Assembly: GCA_018650085.1 (NCBI GenBank)
Contig: JABIGQ010000038.1
Coordinates: forward strand, 4,388-68,387
From: Candidatus Magasanikiibacteriota bacterium
Lineage (GTDB): Bacteria > Patescibacteriota > Patescibacteriia > Magasanikbacterales > UBA922
Direction of reading: 5' to 3'
DNA: 64,000 bases
Part shown: piece after piece, positions 10,545 through 21,308 of the stretch
How positions within the stretch are numbered: the first letter of the stretch is position 1
Layout: each line of letters begins with the position of its first letter
Made by a program: the position numbers and the translations under genes
The notes under the pieces: model-generated
The model's database searches: none
What the model was told of the DNA's origin: nothing
Seen by the model: the letters and a program-made list of their open reading frames with translations, nothing else

Positions 10545-13500
10545 ATGGATTTCGTCCACTTACATGTACATACAGATTATTCATTTTTAAATGGTTTACC
10601 AAAAGTAAAAGCCTTGGTTAAAGCAGCAAAAAAACAAGGGGCAAAGGCAATTGCTTTAACAGATTATGGTGGTATGTACGGGGCTATTGAATTTTATCAA
10701 GTATGTAAAAAAGAGGGGATAAAACCAATTATTGGATTTGATGCATATGTAGCACCACGAACCATGGCAGATAAAGATTTAGAAAAAGATAAGGCAGTGT
10801 ATAGATTAACACTCTTGGCAAAAGATTATACGGGATATGTGCATCTAATGAAGTTATGTTCAGAAGGGCACCTAGATGGATTTTTTAATGGAAAGCCACG
10901 AATAGATAAAGAAGCAATAAAAAGATATAGTGAAGGAGTTCTAGCATTGTCTGGGACTATTGATGGAGAAGTCTCACAATATCTATTGAAAGATAAATAT
11001 GAAGAAGCAAAAAAAGTTGCATTGGAATATGTAGATATATTTGGGGTAGATAATTTTTATCTTGAATTGCAAGATCACCCAGCAGTAGAAGGACAGATGA
11101 ATGTAAATAGTAAGCTTATTGAGTTATCAAAAGATACAGGTATTCCACTGGTTGTTACTCGTGATGTGCATTATCTAAAACCAGAAGATGCAGAAGCGCA
11201 AGATATTTTACGTTGTATTTCCGAGGGGTGGAAAGTAAATTATACAGATAGAGAAGACATGCGTCATGTGGATCGTTCATTAAATAGTGGAGAAGATATC
11301 TTTGCTCGTTTTCGCCATATCCCAGAGGCATTGGAAAATACAGTGAAAATTGCAGATCGTATCAATATTGAAATTGAATTAGATAATTGGCATTTTGCAC
11401 CAGTAGATAAACCAGATGATAAGACATATGATGATGTGCTTCGTGAGGACTCATATAAATGTGCGCCTGCATTTTATCCAGAGATGGGAAAAGAAATTAC
11501 AGAAAGAATTGAATATGAATTAGATATTATAAAAACAAAAGGGTATTCTCCATACTTTTTATGCGTAGCAGATTATGTAAGATACGCAAAAGATAATGGG
11601 ATCGTGGAATCTACTCGTGGATCTGCAGCAGGTTCTTTGGTCTCTTATGTATTGGGAATTACCACGGTAGATCCTATCCGTTTCAAACTTCCATTTGAAC
11701 GATTTTTAAATCCATTTCGTCCGAGTCCTCCAGATGTAGATACAGATTTTGCAGATGACAGAAGAGAAGAAATGATAGAATATGTTACAAAGAAATACGG
11801 GCAAGATAAAGTAGCACAAATTATCACCTTTGGAACCATGGCTGCACGTGCCAGTGTCAGAGACGTAGGGCGTGCTTTAGCATTATCTTATAGCTTTTGT
11901 GATCAGGTAGCAAAATTAATTCCTCCCGGAGCGCAGGGATTTCCTATGACGCTAGAGAGAGCATTGAAAGAAGAACCAGATTTAAAAGCATTGTATGATA
12001 CAAATGGAGATGTAAAAAAACTTTTAGATCTTGCACAGCAAGTTGAGGGGTGTAATCGTCATACCTCTATTCATGCTGCTGGAGTTGTGATCTCTCCTAC
12101 ACCATTGACTGATTTTACTCCAGTACAGCGAGAAACGGGTGGAGATAAATTGGTGACACAATATAGCATGTACGATGTAGAAGTAGCAGGAGTATTAAAA
12201 AATGATTTTTTAGGAATTCGTAATCTTGCTATTTTAGGAAATGCCGTAAAAATTGTACAAGCAACTACTGGTGTAGAAGTAGATATTTATACTCTTCCAC
12301 TAGATGATAAGAAAACATTTGATATGATTTCTCGTGGTGAGACTATGGGAGTATTTCAGTTTGGTTCTTCTGGAATAACAAAATGGACAAAAGAATTGCA
12401 ACCAACAGTGATAGAAGATATCATGGCTATGGTAGCTCTTTATCGACCAGGTCCAATGGATTTTATTCCAGAATATATTAGAAGGAAGCATAATCCAGAA
12501 GCTATTGATTATCCGCATCCAGATTTGGAAGAAATTTTAGAAAAATCTCTTGGTCTTCTTATTTACCAAGATGACATCATGCTTACAGCTATTAAACTAG
12601 CAGGGTATGATTGGTTAGAGGCAGACAAATTTAGAAAAGCCATGGGAAAAAAAATTCCAGAGTTAATGAAAGAGCAGGAAGAAAAATTTAAAAAAGGATG
12701 TATAAAAAATAATATTAGTACTAGTGTGGTGACTGATCTTTGGGCTAGGATTAAGCCGTTTGCATCGTATGGTTTTAATAAAAGTCATGCAGCAAGTTAC
12801 GGAATGGTTGCCTATCAGACAGCGTACATGAAGGCTAATTATCCGGTACAATACATGACTGCTATTTTACAAGCAGAGTTTGGTGATACAGATAAAGTGG
12901 CAGCTATTGTGGCAGAATGTAGACGTATGGAGATAGATGTATTGCCTCCAGATATCAATGAAAGTTTTAAAAACTTTGCCATGGTTTCAAAGCATGGAGA
13001 ACCTGGACGAATTAGGTTTGGGCTGACCGCTATTAAAAATGTAGGAGAACATATTTGTGAAGTGATTTATAGAGAAAGAAAAGAGCGTGGGTCATTTAAA
13101 GATTTGGAAGATTTACTTCATCGTGTGAATGATAAAGATTTGAGTAAAAGATCATTGCAGAGTTTAGCAGAAGCAGGAGCCATGGATGGCTTTGGTATAG
13201 ATAGGGGAGTGTTTATTGCAAACATGGAAAATATTTTGTTTTTATTAAAACAAATAAAAGAAAAACGAATTAGTAATCAGGCTTCATTATTTGCAGGGAC
13301 AGATATTGTTCTAGATAGTAAAGTGGTATTAAAAAAAGCAGAGAATGCTACTATGGAAGAAAAATTGATATGGGAAAAGAAATTGCTAGGGTTATATATC
13401 TCATCTCATCCTTTTTTATATTTTCAAGAAAAAATGAAAGATGTGTTAACACCCCTAGAAGACGTAGAAGAGGCGCCACGGGACGAATGGACGGTTGTGG

Positions 13501-14039
13501 GGGGCATTGTAGATAAGGTGCAGAAAAAAATCACAAAGCGTGGAGATGTCATGCTATTTGTCACTATTCAAGATACCACACGGGTTATGGAATTATTGGT
13601 ATTTCCAAAGGTGTATAAAAAAACACAGCCACTGTGGGTGGAAGGGAATATCTTATGTATTGTAGGAAAGACTCCTAGAGAAGAAGGAGAAAATAAAGTA
13701 TTTCCAGAAAATGTATATCTTCTTGATAAAGAAAATGCAGAACATATTGCACGGCAGGTGTCTCTGGGCAATAGTATTGGGAAAAAAGAAAAAAAGGAAA
13801 AAGGGGATAGTAATTTGGTATTTAAAGAATTGACTGTGTCTATCACTATGACGCAGGAGGAAGCAGGCAAGCACAGTGATGCACTAAAAACAGTATTTGC
13901 CAGTCACCCGGGGAAGCGTAGAGTCTATATTTGCATTGGAGCAGATACGATAAAGACGGATTTTATGGTTGATTGGAATATTGTGCTAGATAAAGCAATA
14001 GAAGAGATGGTTGGAAGTGGGCGAGTGGTTGTTTCTTAG
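10545..14039 (+). CDS. dnaE: DNA polymerase III alpha subunit
   Basis: PHP domain FVHLHVHTDYS, RGSAAGSLV, PDVDTDF, GFNKSHA and OB fold; start at ATG 10545 (MDFVHL). Confidence 0.97.
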   Translation: MDFVHLHVHTDYSFLNGLPKVKALVKAAKKQGAKAIALTDYGGMYGAIEFYQVCKKEGIKPIIGFDAYVAPRTMADKDLEKDKAVYRLTLLAKDYTGYVHLMKLCSEGHLDGFFNGKPRIDKEAIKRYSEGVLALSGTIDGEVSQYLLKDKYEEAKKVALEYVDIFGVDNFYLELQDHPAVEGQMNVNSKLIELSKDTGIPLVVTRDVHYLKPEDAEAQDILRCISEGWKVNYTDREDMRHVDRSLNSGEDIFARFRHIPEALENTVKIADRINIEIELDNWHFAPVDKPDDKTYDDVLREDSYKCAPAFYPEMGKEITERIEYELDIIKTKGYSPYFLCVADYVRYAKDNGIVESTRGSAAGSLVSYVLGITTVDPIRFKLPFERFLNPFRPSPPDVDTDFADDRREEMIEYVTKKYGQDKVAQIITFGTMAARASVRDVGRALALSYSFCDQVAKLIPPGAQGFPMTLERALKEEPDLKALYDTNGDVKKLLDLAQQVEGCNRHTSIHAAGVVISPTPLTDFTPVQRETGGDKLVTQYSMYDVEVAGVLKNDFLGIRNLAILGNAVKIVQATTGVEVDIYTLPLDDKKTFDMISRGETMGVFQFGSSGITKWTKELQPTVIEDIMAMVALYRPGPMDFIPEYIRRKHNPEAIDYPHPDLEEILEKSLGLLIYQDDIMLTAIKLAGYDWLEADKFRKAMGKKIPELMKEQEEKFKKGCIKNNISTSVVTDLWARIKPFASYGFNKSHAASYGMVAYQTAYMKANYPVQYMTAILQAEFGDTDKVAAIVAECRRMEIDVLPPDINESFKNFAMVSKHGEPGRIRFGLTAIKNVGEHICEVIYRERKERGSFKDLEDLLHRVNDKDLSKRSLQSLAEAGAMDGFGIDRGVFIANMENILFLLKQIKEKRISNQASLFAGTDIVLDSKVVLKKAENATMEEKLIWEKKLLGLYISSHPFLYFQEKMKDVLTPLEDVEEAPRDEWTVVGGIVDKVQKKITKRGDVMLFVTIQDTTRVMELLVFPKVYKKTQPLWVEGNILCIVGKTPREEGENKVFPENVYLLDKENAEHIARQVSLGNSIGKKEKKEKGDSNLVFKELTVSITMTQEEAGKHSDALKTVFASHPGKRRVYICIGADTIKTDFMVDWNIVLDKAIEEMVGSGRVVVS

Positions 14040-14063
14040 TTGCGGAATTAAGTAGAATATAAA

Positions 14064-14097
14064 TAAAAAAACAGCAATGATATGTGCTGTTTTTTTA
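14064..14097. terminator. Bidirectional intrinsic terminator
   Basis: AAAAAAACAGCA-loop-TGCTGTTTTTTT between convergent genes. Confidence 0.7.
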
Positions 14098-14160
14098 TTC
14101 TCAGATATATTTTTTATGTAACAATATATCTGGGAGGTGCAAGGAGGCCTGATGCGCTAG

Positions 14161-14358
14161 TTAATGGCTAGGCCTGCTCTTGCGGTTGGTGGGGGATACA
14201 TGGTAGGAAGGAAGGGTTGGCATATCATCCTCCTCAGGAGGATGTTGTATGCGTATGCAACATTGAGTGCATCTTAGATTTCCTCCTTCTTTAATAAATT
14301 CGCTTTTCGCAAATTCAGTAGGATAGGGATACTCTTTGCCACAGTCTGGGCAAATCAT
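14161..14358 (-). CDS. Small orphan zinc-ribbon protein
   Basis: CPDC...CTQC pair; start ambiguous (14394 or 14358). Confidence 0.45.
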   Translation of the reverse strand: MICPDCGKEYPYPTEFAKSEFIKEGGNLRCTQCCIRIQHPPEEDDMPTLPSYHVSPTNRKSRPSH

Positions 14359-14538
14359 AGGTTTTCTCTCGAGGGGGGAAGTTGAGCCCCTCATTATATA
14401 TTCAATAATTTCAATATATTACATATATAATGAGAGGATCAACAAAAAATCCTCAAAAAAAAGAAACCCAACTAGGGTTCCCTCCTTATATTTTCAATGA
14501 ACAAATTATAAAAAGTGTACATCTATTTTTTATTTCAG

Positions 14539-15615
14539 TCAAGATTTGTCTGTTAATAACCACTGTGGATCTGCCACAATATCTTGCCATGTAGTGTACT
14601 CTTTTTTCTTTGCATGATAATACCCCGCTAGTGCAATCATCGCTGCATTATCCATAGAGTACCCAGATTTGGGTATACGCACTTCCAATGTTTGATCTTG
14701 TTTTTTTATTTCATCTTGTAGTGTTTTTTGTAATTTTTTATTTGCAGAAACTCCACCACCTAGGATAATTGTTTTTGGATTATATTTTTTTGTAGCTCGA
14801 AGTGTTTTTATAACTAACACATCTATAATTGCCTGCTCAAAGCTGGCACAAAAATCTTGTCGTGTTACCGCTTGTCTACCAAATAATTTTTTTATGTTAG
14901 CCATACATGGTTTTTCTAATCTATGATCTTGTAACCAGTAAAGTGCTGCTGTTTTTAATCCAGCAAAACTAAAATCTTCTGTATCTTTTTTTAGCATTGG
15001 GCGTGGAAAGGGGATTGCTTTTTCATTTCCAGTTTTTGCCAATGCAGATATTTGTGGCCCACCTGGGTATGGGAGACCAAGCATCTTTGCTACTTTATCA
15101 AAAGTTTCCCCGGCTGCATCATCTCTTGTAGCTCCTATTTGTACATATTCTCCATGATTTTTCATAAGGGTAAGAGAAGTATGACCTCCACTGACAGTGA
15201 GGCATAGTGCTGGAAATGTTATATCTGGGAGTGGTGTTTGGGTTCCTTTTTCTGGAAGGAGTACTGAATAGATATGCCCTTCCATATGATGTGTGCGGAC
15301 TAGAGGAATGTCTAATAGAAAAGAAAGGGACTTAGCAGCTTCCACACCCACGAGAAGGCCTGTAATGAGCCCAGGGCCTGCAGTAACTGCCAGAGCATCT
15401 GGTTTTGCTTGTCCTTTTAATACTTCTTCTATGACAGGTAATATTTGCTCTGCATGCTTTCTTCCGGCTAACTCTGGGATAACGCCACCATATTTTTTAT
15501 GTATCTCAATTTGGCTGGCAGTTTTTTCTGCAAGGATAGTTATATTGTTATTTTTTATCTGAAGTAATGCTACGCTGGTATCATCACAAGAAGATTCAAT
15601 TCCAAGGATAATCAT
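14539..15615 (-). CDS. tsaD: tRNA N6-adenosine threonylcarbamoyltransferase TsaD
   Basis: ILGIESSCDDT, GPGLITGL, HHMEGH, VSGGHT, TRDDAAGETFDK and DNAAMIA motifs. Confidence 0.97.
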   Translation of the reverse strand: MIILGIESSCDDTSVALLQIKNNNITILAEKTASQIEIHKKYGGVIPELAGRKHAEQILPVIEEVLKGQAKPDALAVTAGPGLITGLLVGVEAAKSLSFLLDIPLVRTHHMEGHIYSVLLPEKGTQTPLPDITFPALCLTVSGGHTSLTLMKNHGEYVQIGATRDDAAGETFDKVAKMLGLPYPGGPQISALAKTGNEKAIPFPRPMLKKDTEDFSFAGLKTAALYWLQDHRLEKPCMANIKKLFGRQAVTRQDFCASFEQAIIDVLVIKTLRATKKYNPKTIILGGGVSANKKLQKTLQDEIKKQDQTLEVRIPKSGYSMDNAAMIALAGYYHAKKKEYTTWQDIVADPQWLLTDKS

Positions 15616-15735
15616 AGAGTTTGCTCTTATTGTATGTATATTATCATAACAAAAAAATGGCTTCTACGCCATTGTTTTTGTCTTTAAAGATTGTGCTTGC
15701 TAGGCGCAACTTGCCGAAGGACAAGTGGAGACTAG

Positions 15736-15807
15736 TATCGCCACGGGGAATCGAACCCCGATTACCAGGATGAAAACCTGGTGTCCTAACCATTAGACGA
15801 TGGCGAC
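15736..15807 (-). tRNA. tRNA-Glu(TTC)
   Basis: Reverse complement GTCGCCATCGTCTAATGGTTAGGACACCAGGTTTTCATCCTGGTAATCGGGGTTCGATTCCCCGTGGCGATA folds as a cloverleaf with anticodon TTC; CCA not encoded. Confidence 0.95.
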
Positions 15808-15822
15808 TTGTATAACGAGAAT

Positions 15823-15851
15823 ATTATATAGTATCTGTATATAAAAGTCAA
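15823..15851 (-). promoter_or_regulatory. Sigma70 promoter of tRNA-Glu
   Basis: TTGACT-17-TATAAT on the minus strand, ~15 nt upstream of the tRNA 5' end. Confidence 0.75.
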
Positions 15852-16019
15852 GGCATAGTCATCGCAGAACGAAAGTTGATATTGTAAGTTGGAGAATTTA
15901 ATTCAGATTATGCCTTAAAAAAATGAAGTCTAGCCTTAGCTACAGTGAACTTTTTTAAGGTATGAGATGGATAAAATTATATGCTTACGATGTTAAGTTT
16001 TGTTTTGTGGTGACTATAG

Positions 16020-18179
16020 TTATGTGGAAAACGAAATATCTATACTATAGACCTTTTTATCATCTAAAAGATATAGTATTTCTTTCTCTAAATCAATAGT
16101 AAACGATTGCGGAGATTCCCACATATCGCTTTGGTATTGGCGGATTAATTTGCCATCTTTCGTAATTTCTACAATTCGTTTTTCTCCACGATCAAGGATA
16201 TAAATATGATCATGTTCATATCGAACCCAGAGTTCTACCGGTTCTGCGAGTACTGGCTTTATGCTATCTGTATGAAATGATACAGGTTTTCCTCTTTCAA
16301 ATACGAGGACTTCTCCTGTTTGTTTTAAAATATAAATACGCCCATCTATCCCAATATCAATAGCTCCTGTAATATCTACATCTGTGGCTAACCATGCACT
16401 CCCTCTATCATATCCGCTCACAGTAGGATTATGTTTAAAGATTTGATTATGAATAGGATCTAGAGTATAAAGTCGTTTATTATATGTGGCAATAGCAGTA
16501 ATAGTTGTTTCTTCTGTTGGGTAAGAAATATCTTGTGATTTCACTCCTTTTGTCTCTACATCCCAAGATACAATGCTATTTTGATTGGTAACAAAAATAA
16601 TGTTTTCTTCTTCTTTTGGGACATAACTATGAATCATTGCAGGGACACTATCATAGTGTTTTGTTTCTATAGATTTAGTAGATGGATTTAGTAATAAAAC
16701 ATCTTTACTGTCATCTGTATAGAGAAATAATCCTCCATCTGCATAAGCAATTCTCGTAAGAGAACCGTAAGATCCAAGATCTTCAATAAGCATTGGATTT
16801 GCATCTTCTATCTTTTGGAGTTTTCGCTGAAGGGTTTTTGTTTTTTCTTCTACATTTGTACGGATGTCATTTATTTCTGCTCCTTCTGGAAGGCCTTCGA
16901 TAAGTGTTTGTATTTCTTCAAGCAATCGGAGTGCCTTTGATTCATTCCCATAGAGCATGCTTGCCTCTGCTGTTTCATATCGCTCTTGGATATCTGTGAG
17001 TGTTTGCTCTTGTATTGTTGCGATTTGTGCTTGTTCTTTTTTATATTTTACTCCCCATATACTCACACTAAATATAATGATGAGCCCCAGTGCGCTAACA
17101 AATAATATTTTACTTAGAAGAGAAAGACTGGTGATATATTGTTTTTTTCTGTAAATACTTTGTTTGTATTGGTCAAGAATGGTCTTTCTTTGATTCCCAT
17201 GATTTGTAGTAATAAGAAAGAGCACAAGTAATTGTTTCCAAATACCAATAACAATATGTTTTAAAAGCAAGGCAAACTGTACCAGCATCATCACCAATAT
17301 TTTTCCTACCATAATTAATATACGATTCCACAATGGTTCATCGGATTTTTTTTGGGATGGGCGTGGGCGATAATTTGTTTCTGAACGTGAAGTAGATTTT
17401 TTACTTTCTTGTGCAGTTATTTTTTGTTTATTTGAGGGTATGTTTTTTTTATGTGTTTCTGGAATAATAAGTGGAAGTTCTTTTTCTTTAAATGGACGTT
17501 TCTTTTTTGGTTGGTGGATAAGTAGCCCGCCAAAAGACCTGTCGCTGCGTTGGCTGTCTAGTGTTTTTTGGACATAGGCTATGGCACTTGCTGGTGGGCG
17601 AGAGGTAAAAATATGTTGGAGACGTCCTTCTGGGAATACTTGTGCTATTCCAGGAGTTCCTATAAATAATAAATCATCATCAGCCAAGCTGCCTTCTGTC
17701 ACACGAGAAAAAAGTTTTTCTGTATGATTCGTTTTTTTCCCTTCAAGCAAATTCATGATATTCCATGATTTTTCTTCATGGTACATAAGAACGGATTGTG
17801 GGGTTCCATGTGCTGCAAAATAGAGTGTATTGTCTTCTATGACTCCTACAAAACAATCAATCTCCCCACCATCTTTCCCTAAAACATGATGTCCTCTATG
17901 ATTTATAAATTCTAGTGCGCATTCAAAGGCGTGCTTTTTATCATCATTATTTGATTCATAATATCCAGATTCTAGGTCATCTATCATGCGTTGAACATGT
18001 TCTATTTGGTCTACAGTGCCTTCTTGTATTTCACAGATAGCAAAAAATGAGCCCTTCCCTTCTTCCTCGGGGGCGTTTTCTGTAATATGCAAAAGGACAT
18101 GCGACTGTGCTAGTCGTTTTCCTTCTGAAAAAAATTCATATAGTTCAAACGGTTCTCTCATAAATTTTGACTTCATCAT
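16020..18179 (-). CDS. Conserved CPR membrane protein: PP2C-like N-terminal domain, TM segments, C-terminal beta-propeller
   Basis: N-terminal PP2C-like alpha/beta pattern, Lys/Ser-rich linker, hydrophobic helices and repeated propeller blades (RLYTLDP, RIYILK, HIYILDR, ILYLLD). Confidence 0.6.
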   Translation of the reverse strand: MMKSKFMREPFELYEFFSEGKRLAQSHVLLHITENAPEEEGKGSFFAICEIQEGTVDQIEHVQRMIDDLESGYYESNNDDKKHAFECALEFINHRGHHVLGKDGGEIDCFVGVIEDNTLYFAAHGTPQSVLMYHEEKSWNIMNLLEGKKTNHTEKLFSRVTEGSLADDDLLFIGTPGIAQVFPEGRLQHIFTSRPPASAIAYVQKTLDSQRSDRSFGGLLIHQPKKKRPFKEKELPLIIPETHKKNIPSNKQKITAQESKKSTSRSETNYRPRPSQKKSDEPLWNRILIMVGKILVMMLVQFALLLKHIVIGIWKQLLVLFLITTNHGNQRKTILDQYKQSIYRKKQYITSLSLLSKILFVSALGLIIIFSVSIWGVKYKKEQAQIATIQEQTLTDIQERYETAEASMLYGNESKALRLLEEIQTLIEGLPEGAEINDIRTNVEEKTKTLQRKLQKIEDANPMLIEDLGSYGSLTRIAYADGGLFLYTDDSKDVLLLNPSTKSIETKHYDSVPAMIHSYVPKEEENIIFVTNQNSIVSWDVETKGVKSQDISYPTEETTITAIATYNKRLYTLDPIHNQIFKHNPTVSGYDRGSAWLATDVDITGAIDIGIDGRIYILKQTGEVLVFERGKPVSFHTDSIKPVLAEPVELWVRYEHDHIYILDRGEKRIVEITKDGKLIRQYQSDMWESPQSFTIDLEKEILYLLDDKKVYSIDISFST

Positions 18180-18257
18180 GCATAGGTATTATACTATATT
18201 TACTTTAATGATGGAAGCCCCAAGATTGTTTCCTTATATTTTATAATTATTAGACAT

Positions 18258-18848
18258 ATGCTTGAACATTTATTTGGCTCAAAAACCCGTTATCGACTAC
18301 TGAGATTGTTTTTTCGTGAACCAACGAGGAAGTGTTATGTGCGTGAATTAACTCGTGAGCTAGATACACAGATAAATGCAGTTCGTCGTGAATTGGAACT
18401 TTTGCATAAAGCGGGGATTGTCGAGCTTGTGGATAAAGAACAATTACTGGATGCAGAAAAAACAGAGCGTAGAAAATATTATCGCCTCAATATGTCTTCT
18501 ATCTTTTATACAGATTTACAAGCATTGTTACTAAAAGAACATATGCTTGGTGAAGAGGACTTTGTTATAGAATTAGGACAAAAGTGTGGTGATATTAAAT
18601 TATTGTTATTGACAGGTGTTTTTTCTGGGGAAAAGAGAGCCCCAACAGATATTTTATTTGTGGGGGAAACAAAGGAAAGAGTAATTAATCGGATGATCAC
18701 AAAGCATGAAAAAGAATTTGGATCTACTATTCGATTTACTTGTATGACAGAACAAGAATTTTTTGATAGACGACATGTGATGGATAAATTTTTATTTGGT
18801 ATTTTTGAAGGGAAACATAGAAAAGTTGTGAATGAATTAGATATTTAA
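18258..18848 (+). CDS. Winged-HTH protein with nucleotidyltransferase-like C-terminal domain
   Basis: LFGSKTR...YVRELTR...INAVRREL wHTH; C-terminal LTGVF...TDILFVG. Confidence 0.7.
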   Translation: MLEHLFGSKTRYRLLRLFFREPTRKCYVRELTRELDTQINAVRRELELLHKAGIVELVDKEQLLDAEKTERRKYYRLNMSSIFYTDLQALLLKEHMLGEEDFVIELGQKCGDIKLLLLTGVFSGEKRAPTDILFVGETKERVINRMITKHEKEFGSTIRFTCMTEQEFFDRRHVMDKFLFGIFEGKHRKVVNELDI

Positions 18849-18860
18849 GTAAGTTGTATT

Positions 18861-19250
18861 ATGCACATTATTATTGACTCTTCAAAAAAAGATATTATTC
18901 GTGTAGGGGAGTGTGGCAATGATTTAGAAGAATATGCCTATAAAAATAGAGATATCTTGCAAGCAGTCCATGAGTATCTAGAATCACAGAAAAAAACAAA
19001 AAAAGATGTTTCGGGAATTGCTGTAGTTATTGGATCAGGAAGTTTTACAGCGACTCGTCTGGCAGTAACCCTTGCAAATACCTGGGGATATGTGTTAGAT
19101 ATTCCTGTTATGGGAGTATCTCTGGAGGATATAGATCATCCTAAACGTATTATTTTTGCATTAGAGGCACACCCAAAAGGACAATATATTTCAGCAACAT
19201 ACAGTGGAATGCCACATATTGGCCCACCAAAGAACTCTGTGGTACAATAA
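18861..19250 (+). CDS. tsaB: Minimal TsaB (t6A biosynthesis)
   Basis: IIDSS and IAVVIGSGSFTATRLAVTLANT (GPGSFTGxR-like); short form; tsaD nearby. Confidence 0.75.
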   Translation: MHIIIDSSKKDIIRVGECGNDLEEYAYKNRDILQAVHEYLESQKKTKKDVSGIAVVIGSGSFTATRLAVTLANTWGYVLDIPVMGVSLEDIDHPKRIIFALEAHPKGQYISATYSGMPHIGPPKNSVVQ

Positions 19251-19325
19251 TAGCTCGTGTATAAGTATGGGTTTGTTTTTTATTACATCATCATTAATTT
19301 ACATTATTTTTTATTATAATAATAT

Positions 19326-19916
19326 ATGTCTCGAGAGATTGTTTTTGATATTGAAACCATTGGTGATATAAAGAATTTATCAACAATGAAAGTAACCGTG
19401 GTGTCTATTTATGAATATGAATCAGATTCATATAGATCATTTGAAGAACATGAATTAAAAGATTTGTGGCCAATACTTGAGAAAGCAGAACGGATCATTG
19501 GGTATAATAGTGAGCATTTTGATGTGCCAATTTTAAATAGATATTATGCTGGCGATTTGACAATCATCCCACATTTAGATTTGTTAAAAGTGATAAAAGA
19601 ATCTTGTGGAAAAAGGTTTAAATTAGATGATGTAGCACAAGCAACTTTGCAGATGAAAAAAAGTGCAGATGGATTAATTGCAATGGAATGGTTTAAAAAT
19701 GGAGAAATTCAGAAAGTAAAAGATTATTGTGAGCAAGATGTGAAAGTCACAAAAGAGGTGTATGATCATGGAAAGAAAAATAGTATGATTTACTATCCTA
19801 CTATTCAGGGAGATATTATGCCTATTTCTGTAAATTTCGCATCATTTCCAGTAGCAGAAGGTGCTTCGCAGTCTGGTGCGGTTGGTGGTGGAATTAATTT
19901 GACTTTGCCGATATAG
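19326..19916 (+). CDS. RNase H-like/DnaQ-type 3'-5' exonuclease (YprB-like)
   Basis: VFDIET, IGYNSEHFDVP, HLDL, KLDDVA and YCEQDV motifs. Confidence 0.85.
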   Translation: MSREIVFDIETIGDIKNLSTMKVTVVSIYEYESDSYRSFEEHELKDLWPILEKAERIIGYNSEHFDVPILNRYYAGDLTIIPHLDLLKVIKESCGKRFKLDDVAQATLQMKKSADGLIAMEWFKNGEIQKVKDYCEQDVKVTKEVYDHGKKNSMIYYPTIQGDIMPISVNFASFPVAEGASQSGAVGGGINLTLPI

Positions 19917-19971
19917 AATCGTTTTGCTGGCGTCAACAAAATGGTTTCTTGAAAAAATAAATAGTTACATT

Positions 19972-21261
19972 ATGCCCATAACATTTTCAAAAAAAGCACA
20001 ACTTGCAATAGATAAGGTTCAAGAGACCAATGATAATATCTTTGTCACAGGAAAAGCGGGGACTGGAAAGTCTACGCTTTTAGAATATATAAGAAACTAT
20101 ACATCAAAAAAAATAATCCTTCTTGCGCCTACAGGGATATCTGCTATAAATATAAATGGAGATACTATCCATTCATTTTTTAAACTTAAACCAGGGTTTG
20201 AAAAGGCAGAGGCTGAGAAAATGAGAATAGATGAAAAAAAAGAAAAGAAATTTAAGCGAATAGAAACTATTGCTATAGATGAGATTTCTATGGTAAGGGC
20301 AGATCTGCTCGATGCTATAGATATAGTACTTCGGCGTACCAGAAAAAATGATCAACCATTTGGAGGAGTACAGATGGTGTTTTTTGGGGATTTATATCAG
20401 CTTCCTCCTGTAGTCACTAGCGTGGATAGAGAAAAGTTTTTTTCTGAATATACCTTACCTTATTTTTTTGGGGCAGAAGTTTTTAAAACGCGGTTTGATT
20501 TATTTTCTACAAAATTTGAATTAGAGATAATTGAACTGACAGAAATGTATAGACAAAAAGACATGGATTTTATTCATGTTCTAAATGCTGTACGAAATAA
20601 TTCTGTAGATCATAATCATCTAAATACATTGAACACTCGATTTTTCCCAGATTTCACGCCAGAAGATAAGGATAATTATATTTATCTCATGACCACAAAT
20701 GCGAGTGCACGGAAGGTGAATGATGAAAAGTTAGCGCAACTTCCAGAGGAAGAAAGGATGTATTTGTCAGAAAAAACAGGAGATATTGCAAAAAATCTTC
20801 ACCCAAATGATGAAATGATAACTATAAAAGTAGGAGCGCAGGTGATGTTTATTTGTAATGATGCAGAGAGAAAATGGGTAAATGGAACCATAGGGAAAGT
20901 GATTGAAATAAATGGGGATCGTGTCTTGGTAGAAAAAACAAATGGGGATATGGTAGATGTAAAAAAGCATACGTGGGAGATATCTCGTTATACATTTGAT
21001 AAAGGACAGTTTGAACGAGAGATTATAGGAAGTTTTACTCAGATGCCAATGAAACTTGCTTGGGCAATCACTATACATAAAAGTCAGGGGAAAACCTTTG
21101 ATAAGGTTATAATTGATTTGGGACGAGGAAGTTTTGCACATGGACAAACGTATGTAGCGTTAAGTAGATGTACGACGCTTGAGGGAGTTATCTTAAAAAA
21201 ACGTATGTATAAATCAAGTATTATTATGGATACGAGAATAAGGAATTTTGAGGTGAAATAA
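19972..21261 (+). CDS. PIF1-family (RecD-like) SF1B helicase
   Basis: TGKAGTGKS, APTGISA, IDEISMV, FGDLYQLPPV, AITIHKSQG and YVALSR motifs. Confidence 0.92.
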   Translation: MPITFSKKAQLAIDKVQETNDNIFVTGKAGTGKSTLLEYIRNYTSKKIILLAPTGISAININGDTIHSFFKLKPGFEKAEAEKMRIDEKKEKKFKRIETIAIDEISMVRADLLDAIDIVLRRTRKNDQPFGGVQMVFFGDLYQLPPVVTSVDREKFFSEYTLPYFFGAEVFKTRFDLFSTKFELEIIELTEMYRQKDMDFIHVLNAVRNNSVDHNHLNTLNTRFFPDFTPEDKDNYIYLMTTNASARKVNDEKLAQLPEEERMYLSEKTGDIAKNLHPNDEMITIKVGAQVMFICNDAERKWVNGTIGKVIEINGDRVLVEKTNGDMVDVKKHTWEISRYTFDKGQFEREIIGSFTQMPMKLAWAITIHKSQGKTFDKVIIDLGRGSFAHGQTYVALSRCTTLEGVILKKRMYKSSIIMDTRIRNFEVK

Positions 21262-21308
21262 AAATACTTATGGTGATGTATTTTTTGGTTTAGTAAAAAT
21301 TAGTAATT

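Noticed and set aside
10545-14039. Intein in DnaE
   Set aside because: Length is normal and no splicing or homing-endonuclease motifs were seen.
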